A DNA stretch of 64,000 bases from an uncultured Acetobacteraceae bacterium (GTDB taxonomy: Bacteria; Acidobacteriota; Terriglobia; Terriglobales; Acidobacteriaceae), in the NCBI GenBank assembly GCA_964658655.1, contig CAZZZL010000011.1, positions 15,774 to 79,773 on the forward strand. The letters run 5' to 3'. Position numbers and translations under genes: made by a program. Below are positions 17,006 through 26,462 of this stretch, piece after piece. Numbering within the stretch: the first letter of the stretch is position 1; every line of letters begins with the position of its first letter. The notes beneath the pieces were generated by a model, which saw nothing but the letters and a program-made list of their open reading frames with translations, did not search any database and was not told the origin of the DNA.

Positions 17006-18856
17006 CTATTGCAGGCTCAGTTCGATCTGCTTCGTTTCCGGATTGATGCTGGCCAGCTTGAAGCTGCGCACCTGCCCGCTAGCCACCGATTGCGAGCTGG
17101 TCGCTGCCGGTGCATTGCCTTTCCATCGCGCTTTCAGCATGGAACTAAGCGCCGAAAGGTCGGGCTTGTCGGAAGCGGCACTCGACCCGTCACCGCCTGT
17201 CGCCGCCGGCAGCTTGCATGTCCCGAAGATACCTTCGCCGAGCTCAACTCGGGCCACATCATTCTTGATATCCACGATGCGCGCAGTGACCACGTCGCCG
17301 ACCTTGCGCTCGGCCATGTATTCATCGAGACTGGTCGGAATCAGCCGCTTCATGCTCAGGCGGAACTGGCGCTTTTCGCGGTCAATTTCGATGACCTGCG
17401 TTTGTACGACCTGGCCAACGCGCAGGACATCCTGCGGGTGCTCGATGCGCTTCTCTGCGCTGATCTCGCTAACGTGCACCATGCCTTCGACGCCCTCTGC
17501 AATCTGGACGAATGCGCCGAACTTGGTGAAGCTGGTCACCGGACCATCAACCACTGAACCTACGTGATATTTATCAAGGACTTCAACCCACGGATCGCCG
17601 GCGGTCTGCTTGATGCCGAGGGACATCCGGCGCTCCGGCACCTGGATGCCCAGGATGACAGCTTCCACGCGCTCCCCCGGTTTCAGCATGTCCGAAGCCT
17701 TGCGGACTTTTCTTGCCCAGGACATTTCGGAGAGGTGCACCATGCCCTCGATGCCCGGTTCGAGCTCGACAAAGGCGCCGAAATCCGCGACGCGGGTAAT
17801 GGTTCCGTGCACCCGATCGCCGACTTTGTAGCGCTCAGCCGCGCTATCCCATGGCTGCGGCAGCAGCTGCTTCATGCCGACAGAAAGGCGACGCTTTTCC
17901 GCATCGATCTTGAGGATCCGGACCTCGACCTGCTGACCCACCTCGACCACATCCGAAGGCTTGCTGACACGCGTCCAGGCCATGTCGCCAATGTGCAGCA
18001 GGGCGTCGATGCCGCCGATGTCGACGAAAGCGCCATACTCCGCCAGGCTTCGGACGGTCGCAGTTACAGTGTCGCCTTCCTTAATTTCCGAGTATCTCTG
18101 CTCCCGCGTGGCCTGCTGCTCCAGTTCGAGCACAGCGCGGCGATCTACCACTACGTCCTCATCGGCCACGTCGAGCTTCAAAATGCGGCAACGAATCTCC
18201 TGGCCGACCAGCTTCTCGAGTTCTGCTGCGTCCCGTGTACCGCTGCGTGACGCCGGCATAAACGCGCGTATGCCCACATCGACTGACGCGCCGCCCTTGA
18301 TGGTGGCGGTGACGGTCCCCATGATGATGGACTGGTCTGCAAATGCAGCTTCGAAGGCGCTCCAGTCTTTCGGCGTTTCAATCTTCTGCAATACAACGTC
18401 GTAATATCCTTCAGGATTGCGGCCTTTGACCGAAACCAGCATCCTGTCGGCCGCCTTGACAGTCGCGGCTGCGGTGCCAAGTGCTGTCAGCGGCAGAATG
18501 CCTTCTGTCTTGAAGCCGATATCGAGCAGTACCGCGTCTGCCGTCACCGTGACAACAGTGGCGTTGATTTGCGAGCTTCCGCCCTGGCCCTTCGATCCGC
18601 CCTGCTGGCCGCTTCTACCTTCACCGCCACGCTTGGAATGGCTCTTCTCAAAGTCCTTGAGGATCTGGCTGAAGTCTTCTGACTCTTCTGCTTCGGGCAG
18701 CAGCGCAGGTCCGCTAGCGGGTACGGCAGCAACCTCCTCGCGGGTCGAAGTTTCTGGGCTCAGGGTGGAAGTGGAATCGGCGGGGTTGGCAACTTCTGAA
18801 ATGGGATTTTCTATGGACATGGGAGGCTCAAAACTATTCTGGCACACTCCGGGCAT
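17006..18856 (-). CDS. rpsA: 30S ribosomal protein S1 (alternative start ATG at 18820)
   Basis: 616 aa with six S1/OB repeats (e.g. GTVTATIKGGASVDVG, ATVRSLAEYGAFVDIGG, GTITRVADFGAFVEL, GPVTSFTKFGAFVQI). They are preceded by an acidic/Gly-rich N-terminal region of about 95 aa. Confidence 0.9.
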   Translation of the reverse strand: MPGVCQNSFEPPMSIENPISEVANPADSTSTLSPETSTREEVAAVPASGPALLPEAEESEDFSQILKDFEKSHSKRGGEGRSGQQGGSKGQGGSSQINATVVTVTADAVLLDIGFKTEGILPLTALGTAAATVKAADRMLVSVKGRNPEGYYDVVLQKIETPKDWSAFEAAFADQSIIMGTVTATIKGGASVDVGIRAFMPASRSGTRDAAELEKLVGQEIRCRILKLDVADEDVVVDRRAVLELEQQATREQRYSEIKEGDTVTATVRSLAEYGAFVDIGGIDALLHIGDMAWTRVSKPSDVVEVGQQVEVRILKIDAEKRRLSVGMKQLLPQPWDSAAERYKVGDRVHGTITRVADFGAFVELEPGIEGMVHLSEMSWARKVRKASDMLKPGERVEAVILGIQVPERRMSLGIKQTAGDPWVEVLDKYHVGSVVDGPVTSFTKFGAFVQIAEGVEGMVHVSEISAEKRIEHPQDVLRVGQVVQTQVIEIDREKRQFRLSMKRLIPTSLDEYMAERKVGDVVTARIVDIKNDVARVELGEGIFGTCKLPAATGGDGSSAASDKPDLSALSSMLKARWKGNAPAATSSQSVASGQVRSFKLASINPETKQIELSLQ

Positions 18857-19060
18857 GGGAGTTGGAGCGTGGCGCTCGTCTCGTTTAATCGGAGTGTGCC
18901 GTCGAGCTGTCCCGGCTGGATCGCGGAGACATGGAGTTCATTGCAGCGCTCCGAGCGAACCTGCCGAGTTGGCATGACTGGAATGGGCGAGTTTGACTGT
19001 GGCACAGGACTGTATTCCGGCATCGAATCGGTTTACGCTCGTTGGCAAGGAGTTTCAGGA

Positions 19061-20122
19061 TTGTCGGATTTTGATAAGGTGCTTGCGGCATGGCAGGCTG
19101 CAACAGCGGCTGATGAGGATTATGTGCTGGCGTCCATTGTGGCGGTGGAGGGCTCGTCGTATCGCAAGCCTGGCGCGCGCATGATCCTGACGCGCAGCGG
19201 CCGCAGGGCGGGGACCATCAGCGGCGGTTGCCTGGAGGCCGAGGTCACCAAACAGGCCTGGTGGCTGACGGAAAATGGGCCAATTTTGAAGGCCTACTCC
19301 ACTTCCTTCGAGATGGATGATGCCATCGACGGTACGGTACCGTACGGCTTGGGTTGCGGCGGGACTGTGCACCTGCTGCTGGAGCGCCGCGCGACGGCCG
19401 ATCCGTTTCTCAGGAGACTCCACCAGGCTTTTATCGAGCGCACGCCACTTGCCTGCAGTCTTGTGCTCACGGGACCCGGTGCAGGTGAGCGTGGATTCAT
19501 CGATAGCGGCCTGTCGACGCTGCGTGATCTCGCGGCAGAAGCGCTGAACAGCGGGCTATCCACAACGGCATCTATCCACCTTCACGCAAACCCGGCGAAT
19601 GTCTTTGCGGAGTTCATCCCGGCGCGCTGCGGCCTGTTCATATTCGGTGCGGGCGATGACGCGCAGCCGCTGGTACGCCAGGCGAATACGATGGGCTGGC
19701 AGGTCACCGTCGCGGACGGCCGATCCCACCTTGCCACTGCTGGTCGCTTTCCAGAGGCAGACCACGTAGTGGTACTGATTGATTCTGACGTTTCCTTATT
19801 GAGGCTGAGGGAAACGGATGCAGCCGTCGTGATGACACACAGCTTTGAACAGGATAAAAAAATTCTGGTGCAGTTGCTGCAGAGGGAACTGCTGTACCGG
19901 GGAGCGCTTGGGCCGCGTTATCGCACTGCTGACCTGCTGAAATATGCTGTCGGCCAGGTCGGCGGTACAACTACCGGGTGGATGCAAAAACTGCACGCGC
20001 CGGTCGGGCTGGACCTGGGGGGAGACGGCCCGGCAAGCATCGCGCTGTCGATCGTGGCGGACATCCAGGCAACTCTCCGGCAAAGGCCGGTCGTCCGGCA
20101 GCCGCAACTGCGCAATGCCTGA
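19061..20122 (+). CDS. XdhC/CoxI-family molybdoenzyme maturation factor
   Basis: The track ORF starts at 18869, only 13 nt from the rpsA start. An in-frame TTG at 19061 has AAGGAG at 19047-19052. Motifs: YVLASIVAVEGSSYRKPGARM, GTISGGCLE, and the C-terminal Rossmann half LFIFGAGDDAQPL. Confidence 0.8.
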   Translation: MSDFDKVLAAWQAATAADEDYVLASIVAVEGSSYRKPGARMILTRSGRRAGTISGGCLEAEVTKQAWWLTENGPILKAYSTSFEMDDAIDGTVPYGLGCGGTVHLLLERRATADPFLRRLHQAFIERTPLACSLVLTGPGAGERGFIDSGLSTLRDLAAEALNSGLSTTASIHLHANPANVFAEFIPARCGLFIFGAGDDAQPLVRQANTMGWQVTVADGRSHLATAGRFPEADHVVVLIDSDVSLLRLRETDAAVVMTHSFEQDKKILVQLLQRELLYRGALGPRYRTADLLKYAVGQVGGTTTGWMQKLHAPVGLDLGGDGPASIALSIVADIQATLRQRPVVRQPQLRNA

Positions 20123-20300
20123 GCAGTCCAGACCAATTTGGAACAGCCGTCGTTTTATTTTGAAAAACAGCAATTTGCCGCTGGCATTCTGCGGTGCCGT
20201 TGGATGAGGATGATCGCAGTCCTGATGTTCGGGTGACCAGCGGATAGCGACGATGTCGCCAACTCTGTTGCGTATGCCGGCGCGGGGTGAAGGCGGCGCA

Positions 20301-21452
20301 ATGATCTTCCATGTACTTCCCGAAGTTGAGCCGTTTTCTGAACAGAATGGCGGCTCGTTATCGCGCTGGGCTGCCAACATCCTGCGCGACGATACGGCCC
20401 AGATCGTCTGCCCTTCCTCCGACGGTACGTGGAACTTCCGGGCTGATCGGATTCATAGAAATCGCGGTATGCAACTGTATGGCGTGGCATTGAAAAAACG
20501 CGAGTTTCGCCTGCGCACGGCGCTACGTGTTCCCATCATGCAGTGGTTACTGCGGGGCCTGGCCAACCGGCTGACAGAGGAAGATGTGCTGTACATTCAC
20601 AATCGCCCTGAGTATCTGCTGGCCCTGGGCAGATATGCCCATAAGCGGGCCCGCTTCAAGGTAGTCCTGCACATGCACAACGATCACCTGAGAAACCTGA
20701 ATCCGAACGAAAGCGCGACGCTGCGACCAGATCTCACAGTATTCAACAGCCGTTTTCTCGAAGGTCTCGGGCGCTGCCTGGTGCCGCATATCGGGCGCAC
20801 TGCCGTCATGTACAACGGCGCGGATGAGCATAGCTTTCATCCTGCGGCTGCCACAGTTGTTCCGATCACACCGACTGTACTGTTTGTGGGCCGGCTGGTG
20901 CCGGAAAAGGGTGTGCATGTACTACTTGAGGCCATGCGACTCCTGTCCCAGCAGGGCGTGCGCCTGCAGGCAAAGATTATAGGGAGTGCAGGGTTTGGCG
21001 AGGGTCGCTCGTCGCCATACGCAGATGCAGTGCGCAGAAGCTGTCCGGACAACACGACCTTTATTCCGCACATGGCCGGCGACCGCCTGGCAGAACAATT
21101 TCGCGGGGCATCCATCTTCTGCTGTCCCTCCACCTGGGAAGAACCCTTCGGCATGGTGAATGTGGAAGCGATGGCTTCGGGGCTTCCCGTCGTAGCCTCG
21201 GCGGTCGGCGGCATTCCTGAAATCTTTACGCGGGGTGGAGGATTGCTGGTTCGAAGGAATTCTGCCGTTGAGCTGGCGACCGCTCTCCGGTCGCTTGCAG
21301 AAAACGAGCCGGAACGTGCCAGGCTGGGAGCGCAGGCCTACTGCATTTTCCAGCAGCGCTTTCGCTGGAGCGTTCTCTACCAGGAATATCTCGGCCTGAT
21401 GCATTCCCTGCAGACCATCAGCATGTACCAAGCGTCGGCGGTCGCGAGCTGA
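20301..21452 (+). CDS. glycosyltransferase family 4 (GT-B, Glycos_transf_1)
   Basis: ATG 20301 gives MIFHVLPE. EX7E block: CCPSTWEEPFGMVNVEAMASGLPVVAS. Confidence 0.85.
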   Translation: MIFHVLPEVEPFSEQNGGSLSRWAANILRDDTAQIVCPSSDGTWNFRADRIHRNRGMQLYGVALKKREFRLRTALRVPIMQWLLRGLANRLTEEDVLYIHNRPEYLLALGRYAHKRARFKVVLHMHNDHLRNLNPNESATLRPDLTVFNSRFLEGLGRCLVPHIGRTAVMYNGADEHSFHPAAATVVPITPTVLFVGRLVPEKGVHVLLEAMRLLSQQGVRLQAKIIGSAGFGEGRSSPYADAVRRSCPDNTTFIPHMAGDRLAEQFRGASIFCCPSTWEEPFGMVNVEAMASGLPVVASAVGGIPEIFTRGGGLLVRRNSAVELATALRSLAENEPERARLGAQAYCIFQQRFRWSVLYQEYLGLMHSLQTISMYQASAVAS

Positions 21453-21453
21453 T

Positions 21454-22632
21454 CTATTTTTCGCGGCGATGCCTGTTCATTGGCACCACGTGAACGGTCA
21501 CATCCCGCACTTCGGAAAGAAAGCGATTGATCACCGAACCCCGAAGGAGGATATCCCAGCGTGACCGCGCCGACTGACCGAACACGACGTGGGACAGGTT
21601 CTCCTGCTTGGCAAAGTCGATCAGTGCGTTCGAGACATTCTTGCTCTTCAGCACGACTATTTTCGCGCCAAGTTCGCGGCCGGCGCGCTGATACTCTTCC
21701 ATGCGATGCGCCGCTTCCTGGTCGCTATGGCGAGCGTCAAAATCGGGTGATTCAACCCGGACAACATACCAATCGCTCGAGAGCCTTCCCGCCAGGCGTG
21801 CACCGAGGCGCAGCAGACGATCAGCCCCAGGCCGGGGGGTCAGGCAGACCATCACCTTCTCCGGCATCGGCGCCTGTTCCAGGCCCTGGTTGCGCCGATA
21901 TTCGGCAGCGCGCGTGCCGACTTCCTCTGCCGTCGTTCGCAGGGCAAGCTCGCGCAGCATGTTCAGGTTGCCCTTCCGGAAGAAATTCGACAGCGCCTGC
22001 TCCACTTTTTCCGGCGCGTAGATCTTACCCTGGCGCAGCCGCAGGCGCAGCTCTTCAACCGTGATATCGACGTTCACGACTTCGTCCGCGCGCTTGAGAA
22101 TACTGTCCGGGACAGTCTCGCGGATCTGCGTGTTCGCCGACCGGGCGACCGCGTCATTCAGCGTCTCGATATGCTGAATATTGACGGCAGTCATCACGTT
22201 AATGCCGGCGTCCAGCAGTTCCAGCACGTCTTCGTAACGTTTGCGATTACGTGATCCCGGGACATTGGTATGCGCCAGCTCATCGACGATGCAGGTATGC
22301 GGATGCCTCGCGAGAATGGCGTCAAGATCCATCTCGTGCAACTTGACCGAGCGGTACGCAATCTCTTTCTGCGGGATGATCTCGATGTTCTGAATCATTG
22401 CCTGCGTATCTGCGCGGCCATGCGTTTCGATCAGGCCGATGACGACATCGATGCCCTGCTTGGTGAGCAGGTGCGCGTCTTCGAGCATCTGGTAGGTTTT
22501 CCCTACGCCAGGTGCCGCACCGATGTAGACGCGGAGCTTCGCCGGTTCACGCGTGATCAGTGGCGCCACTTCCTGCAGGTTGCGTGGCTCAGTGTCGGGA
22601 ATCTTCAGTTCGGTCGGCTTGATCGGCTCCAT
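21454..22632 (-). CDS. stand-alone KdpD N-terminal sensor domain plus Usp domain protein (no transmembrane or kinase part)
   Basis: LRVYIGAAPGVGKTYQML (P-loop), VVIGLIETHGRADT, IVDELAHTNVPGSRNRKRYEDVLELLDAGINVMTAVNIQHIETLND, then a Usp-like KVMVCLTPRPGADRLLRLGARLA...VVFGQS. It ends at residue 392. Confidence 0.85.
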   Translation of the reverse strand: MEPIKPTELKIPDTEPRNLQEVAPLITREPAKLRVYIGAAPGVGKTYQMLEDAHLLTKQGIDVVIGLIETHGRADTQAMIQNIEIIPQKEIAYRSVKLHEMDLDAILARHPHTCIVDELAHTNVPGSRNRKRYEDVLELLDAGINVMTAVNIQHIETLNDAVARSANTQIRETVPDSILKRADEVVNVDITVEELRLRLRQGKIYAPEKVEQALSNFFRKGNLNMLRELALRTTAEEVGTRAAEYRRNQGLEQAPMPEKVMVCLTPRPGADRLLRLGARLAGRLSSDWYVVRVESPDFDARHSDQEAAHRMEEYQRAGRELGAKIVVLKSKNVSNALIDFAKQENLSHVVFGQSARSRWDILLRGSVINRFLSEVRDVTVHVVPMNRHRREK

Positions 22633-24140
22633 CAGCCCACCTCGACGATGTGGCGGCTCATGGCTGGTACGCCAGACGGCAAAATGAAGGAAACGGTCGT
22701 GCCCTGGCCCAATTTGCTTTCAATCAGCACCTGGCCGCTTTGTAATTCGATCAGCCGGCGCACCAGTGCAAGTCCTAGACCGGTGCCGCCGATGCCGCCA
22801 TCGCTGGTTGCCTGCCCGGATCCTTCGACGAATCGTCCAAAAATGCGCGGCAGGCGACTGGCCTCGATACCGCGGCCGGTGTCGCGTACAAAGAACTGCA
22901 CGCGGTCGGCAGTCTCCTCTGCTTCGAGCGTGATCGAGCCGCCGGCAGGGGTGTAACGCAGTGCATTCACGATCAGGTTGTCCATCACACTGCGCATGGC
23001 GCGTCGATCTGCCAGGACAGGCGACAGGTCCGCAAAAGCCTTGATCTGAATCTCAACCTGCTGTTTGCGTGCTTCATCCCGATGGCGGTTGCTGGCGTCC
23101 TGCAGAAGGTCGATCGGGCGCAGCCGTTCAAGCCGAAGATCGCGCCGGCCGCTGTCGATCTCTGCCACGTCAATCAGGTCGGCCATCAGATCGTTCAGGC
23201 TTTCGACCGACTGCTGTACCCCTTCGAGCAGGTCGGTCTGCAGAGGGCGGAGCTCGCCGGCAAAGCCACGCAACATCGCATACAGGCCGAGCCTCGCCGA
23301 TTCGAGCGGGTCGCGCAACTTCTCCGACGCAACAGAGATGAACCGGCTTTTGAAGCGGTCCAGGTCCTGCAATTCCGTCATATCTTCAAGCACACTCACG
23401 GCGCCAAGTAATTTGCCGTCGGCATCGCGCATGGGCGTCGTGCGCAGACGGTATGACTTGTCGGCATTGCCGATGCGCATCGGGAGAACGGCATTCTCGC
23501 CTTCGGTCGTTCCTGAGGAAAAGACCGGGCGCTGCATGGAGACGGCATTGCGCACCGCTTCGAGAATCCGTTCGCCGCCCGGGGTATTGGTCAGTGCCAT
23601 GCGGTCGCCTGCTGCTTCACCCAGAATGCTGTCGGCGGCATGGTTCAGCTTCAGAACATGGCCGCGCGCATCGGTGACAATGATGGGCTCGAAGATGGAT
23701 TGAACAATGGCATCGGAAAGCTGTAACTCCATCTGCCGGCGGCCCTGCTCAGTCTCGCGCAGATCGCGCAGACGGACTGCCATGCGGTTCACCTCGGTCG
23801 CGATTGTGCCGAGTTCGTCGCGATGGCTCCACTCAATACGCTGATCGAGATTTCCCTGGGCAATGGAACGCGCGGCGGCTGCAGCTGCACGCAATGGCTG
23901 GAGCACCAGGAAGGCTGTGGCCAGGGCGACGAAGAAGGCAATGAAAACGATGATGGATGCCGCGACGCGCACGTGATGCGCCAGTACATCGCGTGTCGCA
24001 ATGGCCGCCTCGCGTGTCAGATGACCGTGGTCGAGCGCAACAGAGTGGCTGAGGGCAGCGCCCGCAAAGATACCCGCTCCTGCCGTCAGGGCGAGGAGGA
24101 GGGTGAGGCCGAAGATCAAGCGACGGGGCAGACTCAGCAT
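22632..24140 (-). CDS. membrane HAMP-PAS histidine-kinase-like protein lacking the H-box histidine
   Basis: Two TM segments, HAMP (IAQGNLDQRIEWSHRDELGTIATEVNRMAVRL) and PAS. The DHp has FISVASEKLRDPL in place of SHELRTPL. The CA domain is intact (DNLIVNALRY, VRDTGRGI, GGTGLGLALV). Its stop overlaps the KdpD-N start (ATGA at 22630-22634). Confidence 0.85.
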   Translation of the reverse strand: MLSLPRRLIFGLTLLLALTAGAGIFAGAALSHSVALDHGHLTREAAIATRDVLAHHVRVAASIIVFIAFFVALATAFLVLQPLRAAAAAARSIAQGNLDQRIEWSHRDELGTIATEVNRMAVRLRDLRETEQGRRQMELQLSDAIVQSIFEPIIVTDARGHVLKLNHAADSILGEAAGDRMALTNTPGGERILEAVRNAVSMQRPVFSSGTTEGENAVLPMRIGNADKSYRLRTTPMRDADGKLLGAVSVLEDMTELQDLDRFKSRFISVASEKLRDPLESARLGLYAMLRGFAGELRPLQTDLLEGVQQSVESLNDLMADLIDVAEIDSGRRDLRLERLRPIDLLQDASNRHRDEARKQQVEIQIKAFADLSPVLADRRAMRSVMDNLIVNALRYTPAGGSITLEAEETADRVQFFVRDTGRGIEASRLPRIFGRFVEGSGQATSDGGIGGTGLGLALVRRLIELQSGQVLIESKLGQGTTVSFILPSGVPAMSRHIVEVG

Positions 24141-24218
24141 AAGACCGTGTGTTTCCAGTCTAAGGGATAGCGCCGCTGTGAGAAGAAAAGAAGCGCAGCG
24201 ACAGGGTCCCGCTGCAGC

Positions 24219-26462
24219 CTAGTGCGCCATAGGCATCTTCATCGTGGACGCAGCACGCGTATCGAATGTCATGGTTTTCAGGTGGACGGGCACCAATGCT
24301 GCATCACCCTCGCGCAGGCGCAATCTTTGATTGACCGCAACGTCCCTGAACACCTGCGCGGCCCCGCTCGGCCAGCGCACCGCAATGCTTTTAACGCTGG
24401 CGGCCTGGCCGACACCGATATGCTGCCGCAGCGGATTGCCACCAAAACTGGACCCGTAGCCGACTGTCCGGTAGATGGTGCGTTCGTGTCCAGCATCGAC
24501 AACCGTTACGGCAAGGGTCGCACCAATTGCGGCCCGGTTGCTCTTCGTTCCTTCCAGTTCGAGCGACACCCAATGGTTTTTGCAGCCAGGATTCTTGTAA
24601 AGCACGCTCTGATACAGATCGCCGGGAAAGGCTCCGCCCATCTCTTCGAACACATCTTCGCAGCCGTTGTTCTCTATGTCGCCGAACGCAATCGCATGAC
24701 CCTTCTGCAGGTGGCCGAAGCCGCCTGTAGTTGTGATGTCCTGAAAATTCGCGCCGCCGGCATTACGAAACATGCGATTGGGAAGCAACGCTTCGTAGCT
24801 CGATTCGCCAGTGCCGAGATAGACATCAAGCCAGCCATCGTTGTCGAGGTCGCCGAAATTTGCACCCATCACCATGATGGCGCGATCGAGATGCGTCTGT
24901 TTCGCGACATCGGTAAAAGTGCCGTCATGATTATTGTGGTAAAGTCGCGGCGTCTCCGCATGGAAGGGCTGGTTGAGTTCGAACGCGCCAACATCCTGCA
25001 TGGAGTGCGTCGAATAGCCGGCAGAAAAGATATCGGGCCAGCCATCGTTGTCGTAATCAAAGAACCAGGTCGCAAAGCTGTTCGACTGCTGCGCGACGCC
25101 GGCTTGTTGCGCCACATCTGTGAACTTCCACACGCCATTGCCGGATTTGTCCGGGCCATCATTGCGCAGCAGGTGATTGTGGCCGTACATCACGGAGACA
25201 TAAAGATCCGGCCGTCCATCCTTGTTAAAGTCGCCCCACGCTACACCCTTCACAAAACCGAGATTGCTGATGCCACTCGCGCCCGCCACTTCCGTAAATG
25301 TCCCGTTGCCGTTGTTATGGAAGAGCTGGGAAGGATGCGGATCGTCAGAAGTCGACTCATGCCCGACGAACAGGTCGAGGAATCCGTCGTTGTCGTAATC
25401 AGCCCACGCAGCCGTCTGTGTCGGATGCAGTGACAGCAGTCCCGCTGCTTCGGTCACATCGTCAAATGTGCCATTGCCGTTGTTCTTGAGCAGGGAAATG
25501 GGATAGGCCCCGTACTTGCCCCACCAGCCGCCGCGCAGCACCAGCACATCGGGATGGCTGTCGTTGTTATAGTCGGTGACGACAAGATTCAGGCCGCCGG
25601 TCTCGCCGGTGAGTCCTGCTTCGCGCGTCCGATCGGTGAAAGTACCGTCGCCGTTGTTGTGAAAGAAATGCAGCTGGTCGTTCGGGCCTGACGACGAGAC
25701 CATTACATCGAGCAGTCCGTCGCCATCGAAATCCTCGAGGATTGCGCCGCCGGAGTGGCCGGTGACGGCGAGGCCGGCGGCCGGTGCGACATCGAGAAAG
25801 TCGCCGAGATCAGCCTCGGAGCGGAACAAGTCTTCTTTCACCAGCCATTGCTTCGGCACGTCCTGCGGATAACGTCCAAGCTGCATGTAGGCGACATTCA
25901 AAAGCCAACGCGCCTCGAAGTCTTTCGGGTTCATATCGAGCAGAATGGAAAATTCACGTACAGCCCCTTCAGCCCCTCGTTGCAACTGGTGGATGCCCGA
26001 TCCGTGGATTGGAAAGATGCACGACTTCTGGCCATGCATGGCAGCGCAGTTTTCCTGCTCGCCGAGTCGCAGATAGCTCATGGCGAGTGCCAGGTGGACC
26101 TTTGTGTCGAATGGCGGCGCGTTGATGGCGTCCTTCAATTCAGGATTGCCCAGCATCGCTTCAAGGGTGGCGACTGCCCCGGCACTGTCGCCTGCGCGCA
26201 ATTGCTGCTCGGCCATCTGCTCGCCCACCAGCACCTGGTCGACTGGCCTCAACCTGCGCGTTGCGAGAAGCTGCCTGTAGTAGGCAGCCTGCTGATCGGC
26301 CTTGTTCGGATCGATGCGCCAGTCCGTTTTCGCAAAGGTCTCAGCCAGCAGCGCAGCCATCTTTTTGGTGCCGGCAGACTGGTAGAACGGTCCGGGTGTG
26401 GCCTGCGCATCTATACGCGCGCTGAAAAGCAGCAGCATAAAACCGCACCAGCCTGCAATCAT
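24219..26462 (-). CDS. CRTAC1-family secreted protein: N-terminal TPR, FG-GAP/VCBS repeats, C-terminal ASPIC/UnbV domain
   Basis: ATG 26462 gives a signal-like MIAGWCGFMLLLFSARIDAQA. Repeated DxDGDGxxD blocks (EDFDGDGLLDV, DYNNDSHPDV, DYDNDGFLDL, DFNKDGRPDL, DYDNDGWPDI, DLDNDGWLDV). The C-terminus HWVSLELEGTKSNRAAIGA...VRWPSG is UnbV_ASPIC-like. Confidence 0.85.
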   Translation of the reverse strand: MIAGWCGFMLLLFSARIDAQATPGPFYQSAGTKKMAALLAETFAKTDWRIDPNKADQQAAYYRQLLATRRLRPVDQVLVGEQMAEQQLRAGDSAGAVATLEAMLGNPELKDAINAPPFDTKVHLALAMSYLRLGEQENCAAMHGQKSCIFPIHGSGIHQLQRGAEGAVREFSILLDMNPKDFEARWLLNVAYMQLGRYPQDVPKQWLVKEDLFRSEADLGDFLDVAPAAGLAVTGHSGGAILEDFDGDGLLDVMVSSSGPNDQLHFFHNNGDGTFTDRTREAGLTGETGGLNLVVTDYNNDSHPDVLVLRGGWWGKYGAYPISLLKNNGNGTFDDVTEAAGLLSLHPTQTAAWADYDNDGFLDLFVGHESTSDDPHPSQLFHNNGNGTFTEVAGASGISNLGFVKGVAWGDFNKDGRPDLYVSVMYGHNHLLRNDGPDKSGNGVWKFTDVAQQAGVAQQSNSFATWFFDYDNDGWPDIFSAGYSTHSMQDVGAFELNQPFHAETPRLYHNNHDGTFTDVAKQTHLDRAIMVMGANFGDLDNDGWLDVYLGTGESSYEALLPNRMFRNAGGANFQDITTTGGFGHLQKGHAIAFGDIENNGCEDVFEEMGGAFPGDLYQSVLYKNPGCKNHWVSLELEGTKSNRAAIGATLAVTVVDAGHERTIYRTVGYGSSFGGNPLRQHIGVGQAASVKSIAVRWPSGAAQVFRDVAVNQRLRLREGDAALVPVHLKTMTFDTRAASTMKMPMAH

